A DNA stretch of 32,000 bases from Wallemia ichthyophaga EXF-994 (lineage: Eukaryota > Fungi > Basidiomycota): contig NW_008806278.1 of the NCBI RefSeq assembly GCF_000400465.1, forward strand, positions 412,592-444,591. Reading direction: 5' to 3'. Of the stretch, positions 21,394 through 31,451 are shown in pieces. Below the pieces are notes generated by a model. It saw nothing but the letters and a program-made list of their open reading frames with translations. It did not search any database and was not told the origin of the DNA. The translations under genes were made by a program, and so were the position numbers. Position 1 is the stretch's first letter. The number at the start of each line of letters is the position of its first letter.

Positions 21394-22999
21394 TCAATCA
21401 CAATTGCGATTCTCAGGCGCGATCCACGGCAGATGCAAAAAGGCGAGGAGATGTCTCTCGCTCCTGATCCCGCTAAGATCGACCTCATTGTTGGTGTGCT
21501 CATCGTACACACATGAAGCGTTCAGCTTGAGGTTGCGCCGCTTGACGAACGCGCGCAGATCGCGCTCGTACATGACTGACCCCGTCCACGCGAGTACCTC
21601 GAGATGGAAGCTGTGGGGGTGGCACACGATAATGTCCACGCGCCGAAACGTGACCTGTGCACTGTCCGTTGTACCGTATTTGCTACTACTCGCAACTACA
21701 CCAAGAAGCGTACTCTGGTAATCGTGCTTATCGCTGTGCCCGTCACTGAGCGACAATTGGCGCATGAGCTTTGTGAGGAAGCCCATATCCTGCAGTCGTC
21801 TTGCCAAGTTAGCTAGAAACTCGTTCATTTGCTGTAGCGTATAGCCGTGATGCGTAATCAGTATGTCAATGTCATTCGACTCACTCTTTCCTCTCCTGTA
21901 TCCGCCGCAGATGGCGTGCGTAGGGTGGGGAAGGAGTGTTCGAGCATTCTCCATCACCACTCCTGCTATACTACTCACTTCTGTTCTCGGTATACCCAAT
22001 TCAAGATGCTGGGCTAGTGTGACATCTTCCTGCGTTATGCTACCCCTCTCCACCAGCTCACCCAGGCTACTTGCACCCGTGCGGCTGAGCTCGTACGCCC
22101 TTCTCGGTCCTATGCCCTGGATAGAACAAAGTGCGTTGTAAAGCTTGTGCGACGCGCTATTTTGTATTGTTTCAGCCTCACTAATCCGTCCGTAATTGAG
22201 GTATTCTTCTATCTTGGCCCGAATTTTCTTCTCGCCGATGTTTTTGGTGTGTACAGTGTCATTGCTGTCATACGACAACTGCAGCCGTATGTCATCCTTG
22301 CTTCGGATGCGATGGGGGAATGCTATGTGTGGGTTAGATGTAAAACCACATAAATTCAAACTCAAACTCAAACTCAAACTCACATTTGACCATAGCCGCT
22401 GCTCTCGAGTAAGCCAATGCATTCCAGCGCTCATCCCTCGCTACACGGTCCTGCTTGAGGATGCGCAGAGCGTGCACGAGATGCTCATTGGGGGAATTGA
22501 GCGGATGGATGCGGAAGCAGGCGTTCTTCGATTGTGGATTGGGTGGTAGGTCGTCTGAGCCGTCTTCCGAGTTATTGGGGTTGTAATCGTCCAATACGTA
22601 GAGCGCTATCGGGAGTATTCTGCCCGCTGCAGCAGAATCCCTCAGCCAATGATGGCAGACTGATGGGTGTGCGTGCTGTTGCTTGTGCTTGTTTGGAAGA
22701 CACTCCGATTTGACAATAACGTCATTCACATCGATATCTGAGTGCGTGATAAGCAGTCCTAAGGAAGTTGCTAGTTGATTTAATGACGGGGAATTCAAAG
22801 GAATTAAAGCGGTTTTTATGGTACTGTTGTTAATTCCACTGCCACTATGATCGCCACCACCCTCAGCCGGGGCTAAATCAGATTCTGAAAGCGTAGCCTG
22901 GCTGCTGTTATCATCTTGATCTTGATTCTGCGCAATCTCATCGCTATCATCACACTCTTCGTCAGTGGTTGATTTATCACTTGGTGCTCTGCGTTTCAT
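21394..22999 (-). CDS. POL4: Family X DNA polymerase (Pol4/Pol mu-like) with BRCT-like N-terminus. Exons 22999-22384, 22322-21394
   Basis: SVCHHWLRDSAAAGRILP; ALAYSRAAAMVKSFPHRI; IQGIGPRRA (HhH); GGYRRGKSESNDIDILITH and RRVDIIV (catalytic aspartates intact); AWTGS; PWIAPENRN. Confidence 0.93.
22352..22383 (-). repeat. Hexamer tandem repeat (GTGAGT-TTGAGT-TTGAGT-TTGAGT-TTGAAT) starting at the 5' splice site of the POL4 intron
   Basis: The plus strand reads taaattcaaactcaaactcaaactcaaactcac. Confidence 0.85.
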
Positions 23000-23041
23000 A
23001 GGTGTGCTAGGTGCGAGTGTACAAACAAAACCGAAATGAAA

Positions 23042-23983
23042 TCAACAAACACGCGTTATATTTGAAGAGTACTGCCTAAGAACCACGCCAGCGTTCCGAA
23101 ACAGTTCTAGCGTCTTCTGATCGACGCGATAACCGTGATTGTAAACGACTTGGCTGATACCAGTCTGAACAATTTTAACCGCACAGCCCAAACACGGACA
23201 AGTGTTGCAGTACAGCACTGCACACTCTCCGATCCTTCCCCTCCCCGCTTCCAGAAGGGCATTTTCCTCGGCATGCAAACACAAGCATTCTGCGAAACCC
23301 ATTTCCACACCACTGTTACACCGCTTACAGCCGCCATCTGCACAATTGAGCAAACCTTTCGGTGTGCCGTTGTAGCCAGTGGACACGACGCGTTTATCTT
23401 GAGTCAGTACAGCTCCGACGCGTCTTTTCATGCAATTGGACCGCTGGCTGGCCAGATCAGCTAGTTCCATAAAGTATGTATCCCAACTTGGGCGTATGCG
23501 CTGCTCGTCTACTATGTTAGCCTCGCGCAGCACATCCACAAAGGCATCCTCCGTCTCATGTCCGTTGTAGATGTTGAGCTGCGCGCGTGACAAGGTATCC
23601 CTCTGGGCTCTGTACGCTCCATCGAACCAGCGAAGAAAGGCAGCGAGATCAAGCGCGGGTGTGGAAGGAGGGAGTTGTTGAGTGAGTGATTTCTTGATAT
23701 TCTCTATACTCGATTCGAGCGCTACGAGAAGAGTGAAAGGGCGACGGAGGAAAGTGTCGACATCGCTACAAGTGCAGCTATGCAGACTTGTGGTTACCAA
23801 GTTGGACTGCCAGTGCTGCGTCGCGTATTCGATCATCTGCGTATGCGTATCGAACCTCTGACCACCCCGCTCCTTGGGCACCTGCGATTCAAGCTCAAGT
23901 TGAGTAAAATTGTGCTCCCGACTCAAGTACTGCAGCGTCCATTGCACTGTGTTCTTGTCAAGACTGACTAGCGCGATGAACAT
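23042..23983 (-). CDS. DCD1: dCMP deaminase with degenerate N-terminal kinase-like domain (intronless)
   Basis: RPSWDTYFMELADLASQRSNCMKRRVGAV; STGYNGTP; CLCLHAEENALLEAG; CNTCPCLGCAVKIVQ. Confidence 0.95.
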   Translation of the reverse strand: MFIALVSLDKNTVQWTLQYLSREHNFTQLELESQVPKERGGQRFDTHTQMIEYATQHWQSNLVTTSLHSCTCSDVDTFLRRPFTLLVALESSIENIKKSLTQQLPPSTPALDLAAFLRWFDGAYRAQRDTLSRAQLNIYNGHETEDAFVDVLREANIVDEQRIRPSWDTYFMELADLASQRSNCMKRRVGAVLTQDKRVVSTGYNGTPKGLLNCADGGCKRCNSGVEMGFAECLCLHAEENALLEAGRGRIGECAVLYCNTCPCLGCAVKIVQTGISQVVYNHGYRVDQKTLELFRNAGVVLRQYSSNITRVC

Positions 23984-24151
23984 GTGTTGGGAAGAAAGGA
24001 GAGGTGTTTTAGATGGTTAATTAATCAATTTGCTTTGAGTAAGATTCGAACGCACAACTCTTCACTCACACAAATTTACACCCCTCTCACACTACCCCCG
24101 CTTATCACCCAAGCAACTCCACCGGATCAATCTTCCGATTAAACCATCATC

Positions 24152-25375
24152 ATGAACGACGCGCCAGAATTTGATATTATAATAATCGGCGCGACGGGAT
24201 ACACAGCCCAGCTAGCAATAAAACACCTCACAACTCACCACAAACAATTAAAGCTCGGGTTGGGTGCGAGATCACTGACGAAGCTCGATGACATGAAGCA
24301 TAAACTGGATGTACCTTCACACGTACAATCAATATCCATTCCAGACCTATCAGTCTACTCAATTGAGCTTGAGAATATCGTAAAGAGGTCTAAAGTCGTC
24401 TTATCAATGGCTGGTCCATACGCACTATACGGTCTCAGCGTAGCTACAGCATGCGTTAAAATGGGTGTACACTTTGTAGACATCAATGGCGAAGGTCCCA
24501 GCTATTACATCAATCTCGTCAAGCAGCTCTCCTACAAAGCTGCGCAAACCAACTCCATTCTCATCCCTTCCACTGGTTTGGACAGCCTTCCAAGCGATAT
24601 GGCCGTCTACAAATCGGTGCAAACCTTACGCGACAATGGCGTTTACGCCGACATCAACTACTCTCACAACTCTTTCGGTGGTCTCATTAAAGGGTTTAGT
24701 GGTGGTACCATTTCTAGCCTCCTGACCATGTTCGATAAGACCTCATATGCTCATATGAAATCATTCAATGATGACGTCTGGTCACTCGCTCCAGAAGCTC
24801 CATCTGACAGAGCCAGTGTGCAAAACGGCGAGAAGCTGATATACTATGACAACACTGTGCAGAAATGGGGTACTCCTTGGTTGCTAGGTCCTCATAATGT
24901 CAGAGTTGTTTACAGATCTGCTGCCTTACTACCCCAATTGTACAGCAAGACTTTCAAGTACACAGAGACACTGTCAAGTACCTCCTTCCTACAAGCCCTC
25001 ATTCGTGGTGTCTTAATGGCTATCGGTGGCTTCCTCTTTGCTGCTTTCCCTTGGTTCAGATGGGCTCTATCAAAAGTTGCTCCAAATTCTGGTTCCGGTC
25101 CCACACCTGAACAAGACGCTGCTTGCAGACTCGTTGTCAACAACACGACAAAGACAGTTGATGGTCACATTGCGCACACAACAGTCACTGGGAAAGGACA
25201 CGCTGGGTACAGTCTAACTGGTGTAATGTGCTCAGAAGTTGCACTCTTACTTGCAAAAAACACTACTAACAAACAAGGTGGCGTCTATACACCAGCATCA
25301 GCACTAGGCGCAAGTTTGATTGAAGAATTGGAGAAATACGGAGAATTTAAATTCACAACCAAAGTCATTAACTAA
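24152..25375 (+). CDS. Saccharopine dehydrogenase-like oxidoreductase (SCCPDH / trans-acting enoyl reductase family)
   Basis: Rossmann motif DIIIIGATGYTAQL; AGPYALYG; FVDINGE; GLDSLPSDM; SGGTISS; GYSLTGVMCSEVAL; GGVYTPASALG. Confidence 0.85.
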   Translation: MNDAPEFDIIIIGATGYTAQLAIKHLTTHHKQLKLGLGARSLTKLDDMKHKLDVPSHVQSISIPDLSVYSIELENIVKRSKVVLSMAGPYALYGLSVATACVKMGVHFVDINGEGPSYYINLVKQLSYKAAQTNSILIPSTGLDSLPSDMAVYKSVQTLRDNGVYADINYSHNSFGGLIKGFSGGTISSLLTMFDKTSYAHMKSFNDDVWSLAPEAPSDRASVQNGEKLIYYDNTVQKWGTPWLLGPHNVRVVYRSAALLPQLYSKTFKYTETLSSTSFLQALIRGVLMAIGGFLFAAFPWFRWALSKVAPNSGSGPTPEQDAACRLVVNNTTKTVDGHIAHTTVTGKGHAGYSLTGVMCSEVALLLAKNTTNKQGGVYTPASALGASLIEELEKYGEFKFTTKVIN

Positions 25376-25411
25376 GATATAACGATAATACATTTTATAC
25401 ATATTTTTCAC

Positions 25412-26490
25412 TCAAGACCAATCGAAACCTTGTGCAGTGTTCACAGCCCAATCATCGAGTGCTTGAACACCACTCGCACCAGCGCCGCCAGTAGTATTGT
25501 CCATACCTTCAACAAGATTACCACTGTTCATATCGCCTTGCTGATCAGCTGGGTGATCAAGCGCGAGGACAATAGCAGCCAGTTTGTTCTGCAACTCTGC
25601 AAAAGCTGAGAGGAGCATATCTTTAGGTTGAAGAGCACCAGTACCTTCAACATCAAAGTAAAAGTTTCTAGGTTCAGAGTCATTTGATTGAGCAGGATGA
25701 TTAACATCGTTAGAGTCTTCAGGTGGAGTTTCCTCTGTTGCATTAGAGGATAGTGGCCACTCTGATCTCTCATCTTGCTCATACCAATAACTAGTATGCT
25801 TGAATTTGTTATAAGGATCGTACTCAAAACCAACAGCCGAAGTGGGACCCCATTTTGCGTGTTCCTTATTAATACCCTTCTTAGCCAAACAAGTAATTCT
25901 CAATTCCTGACCTTGTCGGAGTTTGCAAATGGTGATTGGATGTACATCTTCCAAGTGATAATTGATTGGCAAACCAAAATCGCTTGAAAGGCCAATAGGC
26001 GGATCAATAGCGTTTCCAGAAGTATCTAGAGCTTCTTGTGATATAACTTGAAGGTGATTTGAAGTAACGAGGATAGTTTCTGGTGTTGTACACTTGATAT
26101 TAAGACCAAGCACTACAGAGCACTTTGGACAGCTATCCATACATACGCAATCACGATTGTAATTGATCAGCTTGTCACATGCTGTTGAAATAAGCGGAAC
26201 CATTCCCAGTCGATGGGAAATGAATTCATCCACCAAAACTGAGCTGTTCTCTTCAATTTTTACAGAATCTATGGCCATAGTTCTGTTTGTTGGTATTAGT
26301 TGTATTGGATGTTACACTCACTTCCCCCACTCACGGTAAATCAGCTATCAATATCCTTCGCAACGCATTCGCTAGTCTGTAGCCTTGTGAGCATCCTTAA
26401 CATCACTACAGCCATCACCCACGGCAAATCAGCATTCTCCAACACAAAATTTATCCTCTCTGCCTCCAGACTCCGGACTCGTACACGCAT
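25412..26490 (-). CDS. RPB3: RNA polymerase II subunit RPB3. Exons 26490-26423, 26376-26335, 26282-25412
   Basis: Spliced INFVLENADLPLANALRRILIADLPTMAID; DEFISHRLGMVPL; CVCMDSCPKCSV; KLRQGQEL; KEHAKWGPTSAVGFEYDPYNK; YWYE. Introns of 46 and 52 nt. Confidence 0.95.
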
Positions 26491-26550
26491 CGTGATGGTT
26501 GAACTGGTTGAACGAAAGCAACAACATTTTAATAATTATATTTATCACAG

Positions 26551-27445
26551 CTACCTCAGAGCATAAACGCGTACTGGGTACAGTTCCTGCTTTTTTTAGT
26601 CGTGGCTTTGAACCGAGAAGACAGTGACTCACCTTTGGAAAACCAAGCTGTACTTCCTGATAGACGATGGACATACCAGCCTTATCGAATATATCCAAAT
26701 AAGCCTGGTGTGATCTGAAAGGGCGTTAGAATAGCGTTTCAAGCACACCAACACCCCGCCCACCTAGTTATCGATGAATCTTCATCATCAAACAGCGTAT
26801 AATCGCTATCTGAGCAGATGTTTTCTTTAACCACAACCAATCCATCTTGACCAAAGTATTTGTCATTCGATTCGTATCTCCTAAGCGCCTTCTTGGCTTT
26901 GTTTAGGTATGTAACCAATTCTTCATCACTCAGGTGAGGGATACACCACTGTGACCAAATTAGATCGTAGACTCCTTCTGGCTGCCACGACTGTAATCCT
27001 ATTTCCTTCACTACCCACGTAGACCCTTCTTTCACCTTGTCATGCACGCTGAGACGCTCTCTGGCGACATCTGTGAACTTTTTCGTCGGTTCTACCAGCT
27101 CGACGTGGTTGGAGTAGTAAAGTAAAACATCAGTGCTCACTCTACCGACGCCTGCACCAGCTTCGAGAGCGCGTGTGTGCTTAATGTGTTGTGCATCACC
27201 ACCATTCGGACTCATTATGCTCTTAGTCTGTGAGAGTCGTGGGAGTAGCTTTAGAATCATCATACGCGAACTCTGGGCATCTACACGTGGTAATGTACCC
27301 AATCCTGTTGATTCTGTAAGCTGGCTCTACCCTTGAGATATTACATCAACTCAAACTCACCGAATCCCCCCAGTACTCCATTATAAGTCGCCTCTGTAGC
27401 GTTCCAGTACTCGACGCCCTTTGTAAAGTTTGGTATTCTGCTCAT
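26551..27445 (-). CDS. NTM1: Alpha N-terminal protein methyltransferase (NTM1/Tae1/NTMT1). Exons 27445-27361, 27304-26764, 26714-26633, 26586-26551
   Basis: YWNATEATYNGVLGGFG; ALEAGAGVGRVS; YDLIWSQWCIPHLSD; VVKENI; DDEDSSITRS; LGFPKELYPVRVYALR. Introns of 56, 49 and 46 nt. Confidence 0.93.
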
Positions 27446-27570
27446 ATGATAAGGTTGAACGAAGCGAGAAGACAGTGACAACATTGGCAAATACCTTTTT
27501 AAAGCGGGGAATACTAATCTATATAAGATAAATTACAATTGTTTGGAGGTAATCACTCTAATACCTCCAT

Positions 27571-28728
27571 TCAAACCAATCTACTGGTGTTTTTGGCTAT
27601 TTTCATGTCTCTATCAAGTGCACTTGCGTGCTCCTCTTCAATCCTACCCATCATAGACTCATACAAAGCCCACATGAGTCCATGCGCGAGTGTTGACCTC
27701 GACGCACTCACTCCCAATCCTCTATACAGCTTACCTATTCCAATAAGCAGCGGTCTGGGTGGTAGATCCGGATTAGATCCTCTGACAAGATGTACGAGAA
27801 TCTCTTTTGGCGACTTAGGTGGCAGTTCAGACAGCATTCGCTGCTGCACTACAATTTTAACCACGTCAACGGGATAAACGAGCAGCCAGCTCGATATGCC
27901 CGCTGTAGCACCGCCCAAGAATGCAGCGACTTGTGGAGGCAATTTGTTGAGGTTGTGGTTTGGATTACTACGTGTAAGCCATTTCAAGCTGTCGTAGATG
28001 GAAAAGTAGAGACCAGTGCCGAAGCTATCGCGCATCATATGCAACCTTAATCCGGTGTAGAGACCAGTGATAGCGCCACGATGCTTCTTTATTATATCCC
28101 TACCAGATCCGATAGTGCCGAGGTCTCTATAAACCAAACCTCGACTGGAAGCGATTTGAAATTCGAGTTGGCGATTGATTTTGATCAGTTCAAACGGCGC
28201 GGATGCTAAGGAAATAATGAAACCAGCGGGAAGACCTGATAAAAGGCCAGAGAGAGCAGTAAAGGGGAGGTCTATAGGTTTAACGGACGTGTTCTTAGCC
28301 AACAAGTCCCTTGATTTGGTGTAAATGGAGAATGAAGTGGCTCTGACGGCGGAAATGGACCATAGCGGGATCCAAACACCGCGGAAAAAGCCACGGAAGC
28401 CTTCCTGGCTGATGGAAAATTAGATTGATGATTTATGCTCGCCACAGACATACCTCCAAACCTTATGTGCGCAACTGGAAATGGACTTGATAGATCTGTC
28501 AGTTTGCAAGCGACTCTTAATGCTGTCTAGCTGAAGAGTGAGTCTGAGCACGTGCTTCTGTGTATCCCAGTCATGAACCCACTGGATATCCAGCCAGCGT
28601 TGAAATCAGACTCGCAGAAGTCGCGCAAATCACCGTCCTATTATCTTTAAAGGGATGTTTAGAAAATGACTATTAAATAATAAGCCTGCCCTACTAAAAA
28701 CAAAATCATTTTCACCATCAATTCCCAT
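27571..28728 (-). CDS. Mitochondrial carrier (SLC25) family protein. Exons 28728-28695, 28644-28583, 28530-28454, 28408-27571
   Basis: Three PX[DE]XX[KR] signatures: YPLDSIKSRLQ, APFELIKINRQ and YPVDVVKIVVQ. Also GFRGFFRG, GLYTGL and KLYRGLG. Introns of 50, 52 and 45 nt. Substrate not determined. Confidence 0.9.
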
Positions 28729-28752
28729 CAAGCTGAGTGTTTTGTGTAAACC

Positions 28753-29508
28753 ATGTTGGGTAGGGTAAGGGCTAGTAATTTAAAAGCAAGTACTAGTAAT
28801 TTAATAGCGAGTGCTTCATTTAGAAGTTTGGGCTGTAGGTTCCACTCCCATCAATCAAATCACTCCATTCACTCGGAGGAAATCCTCCTCATTCAGCGAC
28901 CCGCTCGTTTCTCTCCAAAAATTATCTGGGCCTGCGTTGGTACGCTCACTTTATACGCTGTTGTATGCGCCGAAGCTTGTTATAATTTTGAGTCTTTTGA
29001 ATCGAAGAGTGAAAATTTACAAGACACACACGACAAAGATGATAAATTGGAGGAACCAGACACTCCCACACCACCTTGGAAACGCTTACTAGCTGGAACT
29101 GCTGTCTGTTTTATCGGTTTAGGGGCAGCTAGTCTACTTCTCTTCAACTCATCGCGTGAAGTGATACGGTTATCGCATCTCCCCAAAACAGATCAATTAA
29201 GGCTACACACTTCACTCAATCTTCCTATCTCATTTGGTAGAGGCAAGAAGTATGCAAAGCTTGGCAAGGGTGTCCTTGTCGATGCGCAATCCGTGTCTCT
29301 ACGTGAACCTAAGCAGTCTGGTCAGCACAGAACACTCTCAGCTGTACCTTTATCGACAAATCCTCCAAGACTGCCCTTCAACATCGACAGACGCTTTCCT
29401 TGGCGCGTAAACGTCGTCCCTCCTCAGAAACAAGAGGGTTTCTATATGGACAACAAAGCCTTTGTGGACGTGTTCAAGAAGCAATGGTTGAATATGATCG
29501 GAAGATAG
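28753..29508 (+). CDS. Putative mitochondrial two-TM protein, possibly TMEM223/Mrx15-like
   Basis: Arg/Ser-rich presequence-like start and two hydrophobic helices. WKRLLAG...IGLGAASLLLFNSSREVIRL...QLRLHT..P.SFG resembles my recollection of the TMEM223 pattern; not verified by search. Confidence 0.5.
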   Translation: MLGRVRASNLKASTSNLIASASFRSLGCRFHSHQSNHSIHSEEILLIQRPARFSPKIIWACVGTLTLYAVVCAEACYNFESFESKSENLQDTHDKDDKLEEPDTPTPPWKRLLAGTAVCFIGLGAASLLLFNSSREVIRLSHLPKTDQLRLHTSLNLPISFGRGKKYAKLGKGVLVDAQSVSLREPKQSGQHRTLSAVPLSTNPPRLPFNIDRRFPWRVNVVPPQKQEGFYMDNKAFVDVFKKQWLNMIGR

Positions 29509-29738
29509 CCTATAATGTACAAAGTATAGAATTGTAAGTGTATCGGATAAATAGGTCATTTAGTCGTCAATGTTACAAGGTTATCGCGTCGTGTGGTCTA
29601 TGAAATGGTTCCAAGTAGTGCAAAGTGGGAAATGTTCGTGAAATACTGTTCGAAAGAGGAGAAGAAAAACATGAGTAGATATTTGGAGAGGCATGAGAAG
29701 AAATCGGACACTAGACGCCAGAAACCATACTGAAAACA

Positions 29739-30573
29739 TCAGGAGTCATACGACATAACCTCCACGTACTCTTTAACCTCCTGCACATTCTCTTCATCCA
29801 CACAGACTACCATTGTGAATAGGCAATTCACGCGGTGGCGAGTGCCAAAGATATCCCTACCACTCAGCTCGGCCACTGCACCCACTTCTCCCTCGCCCAA
29901 CTTGCCCATCAGACGAGGATGTTCTATAACATGCTTGAACCCAACCTGGACCGCTGTCACCCACGCTGAAGTTATGTAGTTATAGACATCCTTCAATCCA
30001 TCAACAGTATAAGGAAGGGCATTGATAGTGCATTTGAGGTTGGGCGAGAAGTAAGCAGCGTATTCTTCCTTGTTTGTGTTATCGAATGCCTGGTGTGTGT
30101 TAGAAACGCAACACTCAACAACGACTCAAACTGACCATGAAAGCCGCCTTAACAAAAGAAACGAGCTGCGAATCCTTGTCATCGTTATCGTCGTGGTCAT
30201 CGTGAATTTCGTCCGTCTCTTGGGCCTCCTGCTTATCCTGTCTATCCTTCTCACTGATATTCATCTTGATACGCTTCATGCTCGGTTTGAACCAGGTAGA
30301 AGGGGGTGTTTTAACGGTGGGTTGGTTATGTGCGTGAGTTATTGACTTGCGCTGTACACTCAAACTCTTGCTGCTAGTTGTGGATGTGGATGTTGTGGGG
30401 CTGCTGCTACCATCGATGCTTGAATATGCCTGTGTCTCGGTAACATTCTCGTCATTCTCATCCCTGTGGATATCTTGAATCGTGTTTCTCAAATTATCCA
30501 TGTTATTCGAATCCACTCCCAACTCCTCGTCAACTTGGCTGTCTTTCTTTTCTTTTACTGATGTCTCTGACAT
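29739..30573 (-). CDS. Hypothetical protein (262 aa): acidic/Ser-Thr-rich N-terminus plus a possible NTF2/SnoaL-like C-terminal domain. Exons 30573-30136, 30089-29739
   Basis: A 46-nt intron (gtcagt...ctaac...ccag) joins the two ORFs in phase 0. C-terminal AAFMAFDNTNKEEYAAYFSPNLKCTIN followed by alternating beta-strand-like segments. Confidence 0.65.
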
Positions 30574-31120
30574 CGTCGAATTTATTAACGCGGCTTCTCT
30601 GGGTTCACCGGCGCATGCAGGTTGCCAATTTGGCCGAAGAACACCCTAAAAATTTTCATTGACCTGGTTTACTGTGCGGCGTGCCAGGGGGAAGGATGGG
30701 GAGGAGATGTAAAGACATGCACTTAGCACACATTTACAAACATCGCAATTCCTCGCATGTCCACCACCACGCTCCCGAACGCACAATTCTTTCATCCGTT
30801 CAGTCGGAAGTTTTCAGCAAATTCAACATTCTTCAAAATTCAGCAAATATTCCACCCCTTCAATCTCCTTCTACTTGCTTATCTGGGCTAGTCTTCCTTT
30901 AATTCTCCCCGCCCCTTCCGCTGCTCCCGACTGTGCCATATTTCTTTCGGTTATCAAGGAACTTTTCGTCGGTTCCGCTATGTAACTAAAATAAGAAATC
31001 ACATTTTCTGTCAAAAGCGAGTGTGTTATGCATTTTGCGCTGCGCTTGTCGGCTGTCGGGTTATTCCCAGTCACAGTCAGGGGAGTTGATCGACTGCCGC
31101 TTGTCAGGAGTAGACGGACA

Positions 31121-31149
31121 AGGCGGGAACAGGCGGAACAGGCGGGCAC
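31121..31149 (+). repeat. Short GC-rich direct repeat aggcgg(g)aac, three imperfect copies
   Basis: aggcgggaac aggcggaac aggcgggcac read directly. Confidence 0.7.
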
Positions 31150-31451
31150 GCACTAAGGTACTTAAACCATAAAATAAACGTGCGTGTATTAAATAATTGG
31201 TACATTTTGATAATCAGTGTATTTTGAAAGGAACTGAGGTGTGTGTAGGTAATATTCAGTACGTGTCTGTGTGTGTTTTGGAACAATTGTCAGCGCTTTA
31301 TCAACGCCACCGCGAAAAACAACTAGAACCAATGCTAGTCGTTGTGTTATGCCGTATATTAAAGAAATGCAGTATTAGTTTAGTCGAATTGGAATTGTAA
31401 TACTAGAGTGGTTCATAATACCACCCGCAGTAAGATGCAAATTAGGTAGAA

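Noticed and set aside
20213-23971. Many alternative-frame and antisense ORFs of 60-170 aa in the ORF track
   Set aside because: These are expected shadows of GC-rich coding sequence. They have no recognisable domains and overlap well-supported genes.
24030-24117. tRNA-like element on the minus strand (GTTCGAATC B-box-like T loop, partial acceptor-stem match GCTTGGG/TCAAAGC)
   Set aside because: The intervening sequence is almost free of C, so no D stem or anticodon stem can form and the A-box is poor. It is more simply the CA-rich promoter strand of the SCCPDH-like gene.
30640-30655. ACCCTAA resembling a telomerase RNA template, and AATTTTTAG (minus strand) resembling an Sm site
   Set aside because: The template-like match is too short for a 1.5-repeat TTAGGG template, and none of the conserved U1/U2/U4/U5 motifs lie nearby.
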